64,000 nt of DNA from IMG/VR virus record IMGVR_UViG_3300031576_001126, positions 32,001-96,000 of that record, one strand, 5' to 3'. The translations under genes were made by a program, and so were the position numbers. The notes below the pieces were generated by a model that made no database searches, had not been told where the DNA came from, and worked only from the letters and a program-made list of their open reading frames with translations. The stretch comes from a virus. Below are positions 1 to 10,009 of this stretch, one piece after another. The first letter of the stretch is position 1. Every line of letters starts with the position of its first letter.

Positions 1-1
1 C

Positions 2-187
2 ATTATGAAAAGTTTAAAAAAATTTGAAATTTTATCACATCCAATTAGATGGCTTAGTGAAAAAAAGAGAATTCCCATAAAAAAAATACACGATAAAAAA
101 ATTAAAAAAGATAGTTTTACAATACAAAGAGCAATAAATAAAACATACCATAAAAATAAAATGGAGAGTGAACAATGCCTCGTGTAA
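2..187 (+). CDS. Probable 3' end of an upstream gene, or a short Lys-rich ORF; hypothetical
   Basis: Frame is open from the window edge (ATT ATG AAA...) to TAA at 185-187 and overlaps the next start. No recognisable motif. Confidence 0.3.
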   Translation: MMKSLKKFEILSHPIRWLSEKKRIPIKKIHDKKIKKDSFTIQRAINKTYHKNKMESEQCLV

Positions 188-3100
188 CAGCCGTTTTTCG
201 CATGCCGTATATTTCGGCTGCTGGCGAAATACTTACCGGACAAATGGAGTCTACAAGATGGAAAATCGTAGACAAACAATTGGAGGCCCTTTATTCTTTT
301 CTTGGCGATGGCATTATTTCTGGTTGGGAAATTGAAAAAACTCCGAATATACCCTTATCGATTACAATAACACCAGGATCTGGTGTTGTTTCTGGAATAG
401 CTGCTGCAAGTTCAGATAATACAATTCTAGAAAATCTTGTGCCCGGCACTGTTTCTGGAAATACCACAAATTTTTTGTATGCCAAACTCCTCGGCCATAC
501 TCCATATACGGCACAAGTTGACTTTGTATCGTCCACGGTTTTTTATGATTCGGCTGTTTATTTGAAACTTGGAAAAGTTATTGTAGATGCTCAAAAAAAG
601 ATAGTATCTATAGACATGTCTGAGTCATCTGGAAGAAAAAATCTTAGTTTTGTCAATTTTGTCCTGTCCATTGTCAAAGAACATTTACATACTGGAGCGC
701 CAACAGAACCATCAAAGATCGATCTTCAAAATCATGTAAAGGGTATTTTAGATTCATCTCATATTGGAAATATTTCGGCATCCAAAATAACGGGAGGCTT
801 TATTTCTCCAGATAGATTTAAATTATCACATAAAGATTTACAAGATGTTGGCACACTGACACACGAAGAAATAGATTCTTTAATTGAAAAACTTCAAAAC
901 ATAAATAGATTGCTTTTTGGAGATATAATGACATCTAATTTGATGCAACTATATCTTTCTTTTAAACATATTTGGCCTGAAGTTGATGAATTTGCGCAAA
1001 ATTTTATCGCCATTATCCCAGGTATAGGAAACAACAAACTTTTAAACCCGAATAGTTTTATTGATCTTAATGCAACTACGGCTGAAATTGATTTCACAAA
1101 TCACAGAATAAGAGGAAAATCTTTAGCGGCAAAAGAACTTGCTCAAACCACAATAAACACTTTAGCCGAATGGAATTCTGGAGAATTTAATTCAAGTTTT
1201 GTAAGAATTCTAGATACAGGATCAGCTTATGGATATGGTTATGGTTATGGTGAAGGATTAGATTTCTTTGATGTATTTCAAACATCAGATTTTAATTTTC
1301 TGACAGGAACAGATCAATTTATAAGTTTTTCTGGGAATCAAACCGGATATGGCGCTGATGATTTTGAAACTGTTTTTGCGGGACAATATAGTTATGGATA
1401 TGGTTACGAATATGTCTCTGGATTTCCAAACACACTAACCACAACTTTAGTGACTTTAAATCCATTATCGCAAACATTAAACATTCATGACGAAAAACTT
1501 TCAGAAAATGAATCTGGAGGAAATGATTATATCGCATCTGATGTAAATTCTGGATTTTTTGTTCAAAAAGATCTTATTCCAGATGGAACAACAAAAGCTG
1601 CTTTTATAAAAAATTTAGGGAAAGACATAGCAACAACCGCCAGCGGACGAAGAAGCACGTCTATTGATCCATTTAATAATGGTATAAATAATATTCCTGA
1701 TGATTTATATTCTTTTTATTCATTTAAAGTTTCTTCGGGTGCTGATGGTCAAATCACCGATTCCGACAGAGCCACTGTTTATGTTGTTTGGGATAATCCC
1801 GTTGACATGACAATTAACAATGTAATCACCTTCAGAGTCGTCCAGGCAAAGGATGGTGAAGGAAATTTAACGACTTTTGATGAAAATTGGACTTTTGATC
1901 ATAGTTTTCAACTAATACTTGAAGCTACTGATGATACGCATAGAGCATATTATCTTTACAAAACAACAAATTCAACCAACAGATTTTTTGTCGGAGACGA
2001 ATACACGAATCAAAATGAAACCGCTCCTCTTGGTTTCTTTGGAACAAAATATTTTCAATCTCTTGGAGAATTTATAGACGGCAAACACAGATTCGAGTTA
2101 GCTGCCACAATAACCAGTGATTCTCTTGAGTTTGTCACGGCTTTTAATAAGAGCACTGAAGTCACCGTCAACAATCCATTTACATTTACCACATTAATTC
2201 AAAAAATAACTGGAATAATCTTATATACAGATACTATTTTTGGTCATGATAATAAACAACAAAATAATTTAGGAGCCACTTTTGTAAAATTGCCACAAGG
2301 AAGAAGAGAAAGACTACAATTTTATCCGGGTTTCGATCCTTCCGCCAGAATGCTTGCCGATATAGATAAAATATTTATTGGAGGCCCATTTGGTTTCGGC
2401 GATGATGCGGATAACAATGACATTGTGGATTTGATTGTTTCTTTTCCAGATAGAGTTGATTTTAATTCAATTAGTTGGATTTCCGATGAACCCGGAGATT
2501 CCATTGTTTGGATTCAAGTCAATAGACTTGAGGAAGATTCAGCAAACGATTATAGAACAGAACCAATTTATAGCAACAATGTGACACGAGCATCTTCCAT
2601 ATTTCCTTCCTCTGAGATAAGGGGGCCTGGAGAAGATTTTACAGACATATTTAAAAATATTCGTGGTATAAGAATGAGAGTTGTCTTATTGCCAACAACT
2701 GATAAAAGAGTTGCCCCAACAATAAGCAGCATAAGTGTTAATTATTCATCAAATACATTATCTAGTTCTTTAACAATAACTTCTTTTGAAGATTGGCAAA
2801 ATGCACGATCTGTTAAAAATTTGAAGTTGACTACAGATGGAACTGTCTATATCGATTTGCCAACGACAACCTTTGGCAAGGTTCAAAACATTTTTTATGG
2901 AACAGACAGATCTGTGGTTGAAGTAAACAATGATTTTAATACCGTTGTAAAAAGATATAATGGTTCTAATCTTCCTCTCACGGTAACACAACAATTAAAT
3001 AACCGACCCACTGGTCTTTCTGGGGCCATAACAGACCTTAAAAAGATGCGAGAAGGAGACATTGTTCTTCTCGACAGAGATGAGAGTCGGATTGTATATT

Positions 3101-4296
3101 TGGATCAAAATTATAATTTGAAAAAGATAATATCTTCAGAAAGAGTATTTTTTTCAAATATGGATGTCGGCGCTGGAGCGGCCGGAGATACGGCAACTTT
3201 AGTGAAAGCCATTTACAATAGAGAATTGAGTGATGATGGAATTCTTTATTTGGTTTTCTCTCATCAATTAGCCGCATATCCATCTCCAAATAATACCAAT
3301 GTAAAACCAAGCCAAATGTTTATAAAAAGCAAAGGACAAACAATAGATTTATCTTCAATATCCGTATCTGGAGATAGTGTCATAGCTTGCGACAGAGGGA
3401 TTTTGTCATTGAAACTAGACAGCACTATAGCCAATTTTATAGAAAGTGCTGTCAATCCGGTATTTCAGATAAGATTGGATTCAAATCCCGCTGTTATATT
3501 CGCTGGGACAACCACGGTAACGGCTGGAAGAATAGACATGCCAATCGTAAAAATTGGATCCAAGGGTATCTTTTCAAGTTATAATCTTATTTATGCTCCA
3601 ATTCAAGGCGTTGTTGCTTTCGATATAGACAATGATCTTGATATATTGCATCTATTAAAAAGTCAAAAACCTTATTCTTGGGACACCGATTCCAGTGTTG
3701 ATAATGTCTGGTATGCAAGATTCAGTGTAAATAGATTTTGGACATCTTGGAACTCATCTGATTCAAATAGCGCCCTTATTGATCCGAATATAGAAACTAA
3801 CATTAACACTATTCGTGGAACTGAAAGTGATCCAAGTTTAGTTTCTCCAAACTTTTTTATTAATAATTTCTTTGGATACAAGGGCTCATTACAAAGATTT
3901 GGTGATTGGATGCTCATAACGTTATGTGGAGATAAAAAAGTATTCATTACAAAAAAAGATGATTCTACTGAAGGTGTTTTAAAATTCAGACAACCAACAA
4001 CAATAGATTTGCCGGAAGACGGAACAACACCAATGGCGGCGAGACTGGACCCATTAACAACAACCGCTGATGATTTTAATTTTGTTTATGTGGCTTTGAG
4101 TGATTTAAGAAGAGGGACAACAGATAAAACTGGCGAGTCCAAAATTGTAAAAATTCAAGTAGGAGTTGTTCCCTCTCAAATGATTATCTGGACTTGGGGA
4201 TCGGGCAGTGATGAGCGCACGACCCAGGCAGTGTCGTGTAACGATATCCGTCCTCTTCTTTATACAGATGCCGAAGGTGTATTTGTGAGCACATAA
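175..4296 (+). CDS. Large putative virion structural protein (1373 aa): tail/baseplate-anchor-like N-terminus, Tyr/Gly tag, beta-sandwich, C-terminal beta-propeller-like region
   Basis: GGAGAG about 8 nt before ATG. N-terminus (GDGIISGW...ITITPGSG...HLHTG..PSKIDL...DVGTLTHEEID...TSNL) is paralogous to the N-terminus of the 6287-aa ORF. C-terminal DIVLLDRDESRIVYLD / SKIVKIQ..IIWTWG resembles NHL-like blades. Confidence 0.75.
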   Translation: MPRVTAVFRMPYISAAGEILTGQMESTRWKIVDKQLEALYSFLGDGIISGWEIEKTPNIPLSITITPGSGVVSGIAAASSDNTILENLVPGTVSGNTTNFLYAKLLGHTPYTAQVDFVSSTVFYDSAVYLKLGKVIVDAQKKIVSIDMSESSGRKNLSFVNFVLSIVKEHLHTGAPTEPSKIDLQNHVKGILDSSHIGNISASKITGGFISPDRFKLSHKDLQDVGTLTHEEIDSLIEKLQNINRLLFGDIMTSNLMQLYLSFKHIWPEVDEFAQNFIAIIPGIGNNKLLNPNSFIDLNATTAEIDFTNHRIRGKSLAAKELAQTTINTLAEWNSGEFNSSFVRILDTGSAYGYGYGYGEGLDFFDVFQTSDFNFLTGTDQFISFSGNQTGYGADDFETVFAGQYSYGYGYEYVSGFPNTLTTTLVTLNPLSQTLNIHDEKLSENESGGNDYIASDVNSGFFVQKDLIPDGTTKAAFIKNLGKDIATTASGRRSTSIDPFNNGINNIPDDLYSFYSFKVSSGADGQITDSDRATVYVVWDNPVDMTINNVITFRVVQAKDGEGNLTTFDENWTFDHSFQLILEATDDTHRAYYLYKTTNSTNRFFVGDEYTNQNETAPLGFFGTKYFQSLGEFIDGKHRFELAATITSDSLEFVTAFNKSTEVTVNNPFTFTTLIQKITGIILYTDTIFGHDNKQQNNLGATFVKLPQGRRERLQFYPGFDPSARMLADIDKIFIGGPFGFGDDADNNDIVDLIVSFPDRVDFNSISWISDEPGDSIVWIQVNRLEEDSANDYRTEPIYSNNVTRASSIFPSSEIRGPGEDFTDIFKNIRGIRMRVVLLPTTDKRVAPTISSISVNYSSNTLSSSLTITSFEDWQNARSVKNLKLTTDGTVYIDLPTTTFGKVQNIFYGTDRSVVEVNNDFNTVVKRYNGSNLPLTVTQQLNNRPTGLSGAITDLKKMREGDIVLLDRDESRIVYLDQNYNLKKIISSERVFFSNMDVGAGAAGDTATLVKAIYNRELSDDGILYLVFSHQLAAYPSPNNTNVKPSQMFIKSKGQTIDLSSISVSGDSVIACDRGILSLKLDSTIANFIESAVNPVFQIRLDSNPAVIFAGTTTVTAGRIDMPIVKIGSKGIFSSYNLIYAPIQGVVAFDIDNDLDILHLLKSQKPYSWDTDSSVDNVWYARFSVNRFWTSWNSSDSNSALIDPNIETNINTIRGTESDPSLVSPNFFINNFFGYKGSLQRFGDWMLITLCGDKKVFITKKDDSTEGVLKFRQPTTIDLPEDGTTPMAARLDPLTTTADDFNFVYVALSDLRRGTTDKTGESKIVKIQVGVVPSQMIIWTWGSGSDERTTQAVSCNDIRPLLYTDAEGVFVST
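1228..1413 (+). repeat. Tyr/Gly tag copy 1
   Basis: YGYGYGYGEGLDFFDVF...GYG..DFE...QYSYGYGYEY. Confidence 0.85.
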
Positions 4297-7200
4297 ATGT
4301 ATGAGATAACAAAAAAAAACTATATATTTGGTGTGGATGTCTTATCAAAAACTTTTAAGATAACTGTTGGAAGAAGTTGTTTTTTCATGTGTTTCCCTGA
4401 TTTTAATTTTTCTAAAATTGTTTTTGGTGAAAACAGTATATCGATAATAGAAGCTTTGTCTGGAATTGACATTGTATATAAAACATCCAATAATTTCGTC
4501 AAAGAAGATATAATAATAAAAGACAAAAATCATGTAAACAACATTCGTTGTCAGGTGTCCATGAAAAATTGCATGATTTTTTATAATAAAATCAACAAAA
4601 ATTATTCAATTATAGGAAATAAAGGCAAAGATATATTTTCTTTTGGAAAAATAACTTCTTATAATTCCAAAAAAGAAATAGAAAGTTTTGCAAAAATATC
4701 ATATGATTCATTGTTAAATATAATTTTATATTCTTTTAAAACTTTGTCGTTGAACGAATACCCCATCACCGTTGATCCAACCTTTTTATTTCCTTCTGAA
4801 GCGAAAACAGCAAGCAAAGATGATATAAGTAGCCAAAACAATATGTTTATTGTTGGACTTAGTTCTGCGGACAAGCTTATAGAGGACGCCGAAGAAATAA
4901 CAAATCCCTTGACTGGCTCCAAACAAAAGCTTTTTTCTTCAGACGATGTTGTTTTTGAAAAAGATATTCAAGTTATTTTTCCATATTTAAATCCAAATAA
5001 TGTAGATTCGGTTTCTTTGCAAATAGAGCATAGTGGTTCTTTGCGGAATTTAACGTTTCCAAAAAGTGGAGATAATGCATTTGTCATAGCTTCATATTTA
5101 GTCGGAGAAACTTTAGTTAGTTACATCTATGTGGTTTTTTCACTAAAATCTAATTTAGTAGGAACTGTAAAAGTTATTGGAGATGTGAATTTTAATCCAG
5201 ATCTTTATGGAAATTTTTCGGTATCTTTTAGTAGAACCTTTTTTTTTGTTTTCGATGTTAATTTAAGAATGTCATCTGAAAATATTGTATATAATAATGA
5301 AAACGAGTTATTAAAAAACAATATAGTTGTGAGTCATTTTTCAAAATTTAGTCCATTGGAATATAATATTCTTCCATATGAATTTGAAGATGAAAACATT
5401 AATAAATTCACAGAAACCGTGACATTTAGTATTGCTCCAACCAAAGTTGAAAATCGGAATCCGGCAAGAACAAATGTTCATTTTAAGTTTGATCCCAGCA
5501 TAATCCCAACTCCTTCTTTTAAAGATAGTCGTCAAGATTCGTCTGCCGAAATTGATATGGAGACGCTATTAAAGACTTTGCCGGGCATGGACTATGAACT
5601 TTTGGATAATGACGGAAATCCAATGCCAAAATTTTACAAAATATCTAATCCGGGTAATTGGGAATTTTGGGCTTTATTTCCAAATATAAATTATGATATT
5701 CAAAATTCTTCACCAGATATAAGAGCTTATATTGCTGTAAAAAACAATTCCAGATTCAAAAGAACTATTTTAAAAATAATTATTGGGGGACAAGGATCAT
5801 TCAGAAAAGAATGGAAACCCGGAATAACGGATGCCAATGATTTTTGGCAAATGTTTTTCGACAACACTGGGCCTGTGGAAAAAGATTTGTTTCAAAAATT
5901 AGCCGACGAATATATTGTAAATAAAAAAAGCCCCTATGTGTCTAATGGCATTGGAATCAACATGACTGTGCCGTTTAGAAGGATATTGGATCAGGATAAG
6001 CCGGGAGAATATTTAGAATTAAAATGTTCTATAAAAGTTAGTGGAAATAATTTTTTTGATATCATATATGAATATAGAAATACCACATCTGAAAAGTTAA
6101 AACTCATAGGGAATTCAAATGCTGTTGATTTAATATATGGAAATAATTTTTTTCAATATAATCAGGGCATAGATATAGACATGTCGAGTGGACATTTTGT
6201 AAATATAAAAAGAAATGATTTTAGAGATTCGCAATTTGACTGGATACCTATCGACAGAAGCCTTGATTCTTTGAAGACAAATATAACTCTTTCTGAATTC
6301 TACGGGGTTACGAGTTCAACAACATCAGATCGGGCCAATTTGTTTGTTTACACTGTTGAAAGAAATTTGTCCAATATAGAAATGAAACCTGGCAATATGA
6401 TTGCTAATGGTGATTTTGAATTTTTTACAAATAATATTCCCGCTTCATGGACTTTTTTCCCAAGCGATTCTGAAAATTTTCCAGTTACTATAAAAGAAAC
6501 ATCAATAGTTTTTTCAGGAACAAGCAGTTTGAGATGGTCTCACGATGGAAATAGTGTGGGAATTGGAGTAAGCAACAATCTAAAATTTCCATCTTTAAGT
6601 CAAGCTTTTTTGATTGGAAACAATCCCACAATAAGGGATAAAAGATTATACTATTCTTATCAAATAAGAGCTGTTTTGGGAACAAATAAAACCAAAACAA
6701 CTTTAGGATTCGGGACCTATAATAATTTTCAAGAAATATCCCCATCGTTTGGGAATGTTGAGGTAAATTATGACGATTCCAAATGGACAAAAGTTTTTGG
6801 ATATTTCGAATTAAGTGATCTTCCTTCTTCTAATGATTCTCAAGAATTCTTTAATAATGAAGTAAGAATTCTAATAAGGCCCACTTCGGAAAACAGTGTT
6901 CAAGAAGCTATTTTGGATGATGTTAGAATTTCTCTTTTGTCTTCGACACAAATAGAGCCTCCTTCAGATCCACGTAACGACATTCGATTTATTAGTACAG
7001 AATTAGATCCGAGATGGTATAGTGGGCGCATTTATTCTCAAATTGTCCATGATTTTTCCGATCCAAATAATTGGCCTCATGTTTTGGCTCATGATGATTG
7101 GTCTGTGGACGATGTAACAAGTGATGCTTGGTATTTCGAGGAACAAATAGAACCATTTATCATTTTCGACAGAGAATTACCAGTTTTCGATCCTGAAATT

Positions 7201-9996
7201 GGAGTTTTGGCAATAGTAGCAGAACATCCATATGGCATGTTTTATAATACTCAAACAACAATAGACAGACCAACAAATGAGTTTTTAAATCACTTTGGAA
7301 TTAATTCTGGTGTTCCAGAATTATCTTCCAAGAGTTTGGCTTTAACAAGGGTTAGATTTTATTTTGACACAGAAAACGGATCGAGAGAATCCTGGTATAA
7401 TAATGTGTTTTTAAATATTGATTTTGCTGATACTGATTATTTTTCCATAGGTTCCATTGGGACATCTAATTCCTTTAAAAACAATATAGAAGTTGCTTTG
7501 AAGTCGGCAATAAACGATAGAACAAACATAGAAAGCGGATCAAGATTCAAATCTGAATATGTCCTGATTGATTCTGATGACTTTGTTTACACAATAAGCA
7601 ACGAAGATGGCACAGTTATTCCAGGTAAAATATCCTTGGTCAATAGCGATTTTAACCTTTATCCAATACAGAAAACAAATTTTCTATATCAAAAAAGTCT
7701 TGATAAGGGTTTTGAAGTTTTTTCTGATGTGCATATTATAAAATGTTCCGTTATCCCCCCCGTAGATGATCCTTTGAAATTGATTTTTACGGCAGGATCA
7801 ACAATTAGGCAAAATAAAACAGGATCTTCTGCAATAATAATAAAAGAAACAGTTAATAGCGAGGACGGATCTGTTAGAACTCTTTATGTTTATAGAGTAG
7901 TGAAAGAATTTGATGAAGTAAACATTTTCACGGAAGTCAGTAATTTTTCAGGATCAAGTGGAAAGAGTGGAACACCAATTGGAAAGACGATTCCAATTTA
8001 TAATGGTCCGCATACTTTTGTTAAATTTGTTTCTCTTGGAGAAAATAATGAATCAATAGATGAGGACGAGATATTTTTCGAAGAATTCGATAGGCCATAT
8101 GATATCATTTTAAAGGATGAACTTTTTCAAGAAAGCTGGGGATTGAAAAAATTAAGTGATGATATATTTGCTGGAGGATATTTTCATTATGAAACTGGGA
8201 ACCTATTAAAGACCGCAAAAATTATATCCAATACATCCAGCACCATATTGTTGTCCGGGACTATAAAATCCGGAATAAAAAATTCTGAAAGATTTTTAAT
8301 AACTTTGTTTAATCCTGACAAAATTTCTTTTGATTTTACAGGCAATTATAAGGAAAAAACAGAAGTTTTACAAAAACTTAGAATATCAACAGACGGCAGT
8401 ATATTGTATGGACCAATAAAAATAAATTTAGAATCAAATAACCAGACAGAAATCATTGCTTCTGTGAGAGACAGTTTTAAAAAATTTGGCGGTATTTCCA
8501 AAAAAGTTACAATTGGTGGAGAATCTGTTTTTGATTTCACTGGAATTGTTGAAAGCAATGTAAGAGTTTTTGGATATGTAATGTCTGAAAATGATTCGGA
8601 AAGTTTGAATCCCGAAAAAATACCCCTTGCAATCGGAGGTGAAAATCTAGATGTTATTATTGTTCCTAAAGATTTAAAAGACAAAATAATTTATTTAGAT
8701 GTAAGAACAGCATTACCCTCTCAAAATGTTCGAGCGATTATAAACAAAACAGACGGAACAGAATTGGAAGTAAATGCTGAAGAATCTATAACTGATAAAA
8801 GATTTATAGTTAAAATAAATCAAAATGGAATTTCATATCATAATATAGAAATAGTGGCTGATCCTGCTGCTGGAAGTAGTCTTGATCCCTTGGGCATTCT
8901 TGAAAACGATGAAGATGCAGGTATTTCTTTGGAAAATGATGTTATAACAAAAACATTGTATAAAGCAATTAATTATGCAAGATCAAGAGATTTTATAAAG
9001 TTGGATAATTTTGATTCAATAAACTTTACATCGACCGCTGAACACAACGGTAAAAGCACCAACAAGAATAGATTGGCATTTAAAACTTTTATAGATAATT
9101 TTACAGGTAGTGCGATTGTTCATACGACAAGTGATCATTTTTGGTTCACTCCAACGGCAGCAAGTCAACCGGCAAGTCCTACCTTATTTATTCCAGCTTA
9201 TGCAAAAGATTCGAATATAAAGGAAAATTATTGGAAGAAATCAGGGTCAGAAAATATATTAAATTACATAAGTTATGTAAACAATTCTGGAATAGATATG
9301 AGATTTTATTTAAAGTATTATTTCCAAGAAAAACATAATTGGTTTTTTACTGAGATGGATTATGTAAATAGAGGAGTGGATATAAATAATTTAGTAATGT
9401 TATATAGAATTGACTTGCATCATCTTTTGGAGTTTTTACCTGATTCCTTGCTCCTTCCCAGGGATGATTTTTCCACAGAGGAAAAGGCCAACTACGATTT
9501 AAATTTTAGAAATTATGTCTCCAGAAATTTCTTTTTTTCTCTTCCAGATGGATCTCAGGTCGGAATAGGTAGCCAAGATCTGATCCAGGGAGCAGGAGCA
9601 AACATAAATGTAGGAGATTCGGTTATTTATCCAATAGGTTATCAAGGAGTGCCTCAAAGCGAACTTTTGCCAATAGGGGGAGTTATTTCAAAACTTCAAT
9701 ACAATGACGAAAATATATCTAATGATATAAAGGTTTCTAATAAAAATGTAGGAGTGCAATTCTTTTTGAATAAAGAAGACGGAAGCGGAAGGATAGTTGG
9801 AACATTATTTTTTGAAGGCAATTTGTTTTTAAAGGAAGACATGGGTTCTTTTCAACTTACAGATAATGATTTTATCAGGCCCTTCATAGGTCATTCTGGT
9901 GCTGGAGATAGTCTATTATATGGCGCTGGTTTGAAAAAACTAACTAAAAACAGAGGATTCTACATAGGAATGATATTGCAGTATCAAGATTTTTAA
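4297..9996 (+). CDS. Large putative virion/surface protein (1899 aa) with WapA/Rhs-N-terminal-like domain and CBM-like domain
   Basis: ATG directly abuts the upstream TAA. GIDIVY...VKEDIII...YPITVDPT at the N-terminus. NMIANGDFE...WTKVFGYF...LDDVRI jelly-roll signature. FTAGSTIRQNKTGSSA T4-like virion motif. Confidence 0.7.
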   Translation: MYEITKKNYIFGVDVLSKTFKITVGRSCFFMCFPDFNFSKIVFGENSISIIEALSGIDIVYKTSNNFVKEDIIIKDKNHVNNIRCQVSMKNCMIFYNKINKNYSIIGNKGKDIFSFGKITSYNSKKEIESFAKISYDSLLNIILYSFKTLSLNEYPITVDPTFLFPSEAKTASKDDISSQNNMFIVGLSSADKLIEDAEEITNPLTGSKQKLFSSDDVVFEKDIQVIFPYLNPNNVDSVSLQIEHSGSLRNLTFPKSGDNAFVIASYLVGETLVSYIYVVFSLKSNLVGTVKVIGDVNFNPDLYGNFSVSFSRTFFFVFDVNLRMSSENIVYNNENELLKNNIVVSHFSKFSPLEYNILPYEFEDENINKFTETVTFSIAPTKVENRNPARTNVHFKFDPSIIPTPSFKDSRQDSSAEIDMETLLKTLPGMDYELLDNDGNPMPKFYKISNPGNWEFWALFPNINYDIQNSSPDIRAYIAVKNNSRFKRTILKIIIGGQGSFRKEWKPGITDANDFWQMFFDNTGPVEKDLFQKLADEYIVNKKSPYVSNGIGINMTVPFRRILDQDKPGEYLELKCSIKVSGNNFFDIIYEYRNTTSEKLKLIGNSNAVDLIYGNNFFQYNQGIDIDMSSGHFVNIKRNDFRDSQFDWIPIDRSLDSLKTNITLSEFYGVTSSTTSDRANLFVYTVERNLSNIEMKPGNMIANGDFEFFTNNIPASWTFFPSDSENFPVTIKETSIVFSGTSSLRWSHDGNSVGIGVSNNLKFPSLSQAFLIGNNPTIRDKRLYYSYQIRAVLGTNKTKTTLGFGTYNNFQEISPSFGNVEVNYDDSKWTKVFGYFELSDLPSSNDSQEFFNNEVRILIRPTSENSVQEAILDDVRISLLSSTQIEPPSDPRNDIRFISTELDPRWYSGRIYSQIVHDFSDPNNWPHVLAHDDWSVDDVTSDAWYFEEQIEPFIIFDRELPVFDPEIGVLAIVAEHPYGMFYNTQTTIDRPTNEFLNHFGINSGVPELSSKSLALTRVRFYFDTENGSRESWYNNVFLNIDFADTDYFSIGSIGTSNSFKNNIEVALKSAINDRTNIESGSRFKSEYVLIDSDDFVYTISNEDGTVIPGKISLVNSDFNLYPIQKTNFLYQKSLDKGFEVFSDVHIIKCSVIPPVDDPLKLIFTAGSTIRQNKTGSSAIIIKETVNSEDGSVRTLYVYRVVKEFDEVNIFTEVSNFSGSSGKSGTPIGKTIPIYNGPHTFVKFVSLGENNESIDEDEIFFEEFDRPYDIILKDELFQESWGLKKLSDDIFAGGYFHYETGNLLKTAKIISNTSSTILLSGTIKSGIKNSERFLITLFNPDKISFDFTGNYKEKTEVLQKLRISTDGSILYGPIKINLESNNQTEIIASVRDSFKKFGGISKKVTIGGESVFDFTGIVESNVRVFGYVMSENDSESLNPEKIPLAIGGENLDVIIVPKDLKDKIIYLDVRTALPSQNVRAIINKTDGTELEVNAEESITDKRFIVKINQNGISYHNIEIVADPAAGSSLDPLGILENDEDAGISLENDVITKTLYKAINYARSRDFIKLDNFDSINFTSTAEHNGKSTNKNRLAFKTFIDNFTGSAIVHTTSDHFWFTPTAASQPASPTLFIPAYAKDSNIKENYWKKSGSENILNYISYVNNSGIDMRFYLKYYFQEKHNWFFTEMDYVNRGVDINNLVMLYRIDLHHLLEFLPDSLLLPRDDFSTEEKANYDLNFRNYVSRNFFFSLPDGSQVGIGSQDLIQGAGANINVGDSVIYPIGYQGVPQSELLPIGGVISKLQYNDENISNDIKVSNKNVGVQFFLNKEDGSGRIVGTLFFEGNLFLKEDMGSFQLTDNDFIRPFIGHSGAGDSLLYGAGLKKLTKNRGFYIGMILQYQDF
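6394..6935 (+). other. CBM4/9-like galactose-binding-fold domain
   Basis: N(L/M)IxNGxFE...W...SLRW...LSQ...WxxxxGYF...LDDVxI pattern. Paralogous copies at about 23590-24270 and 29294-29825. Confidence 0.6.
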
Positions 9997-10009
9997 TGGA
10001 GCTTAAAAA

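Noticed and set aside
1228-1260. GYG resembles the K+ channel selectivity filter (TVGYG)
   Set aside because: No TxGYG context and no transmembrane helices. The motif is a repeated YG tract in soluble beta-rich proteins.
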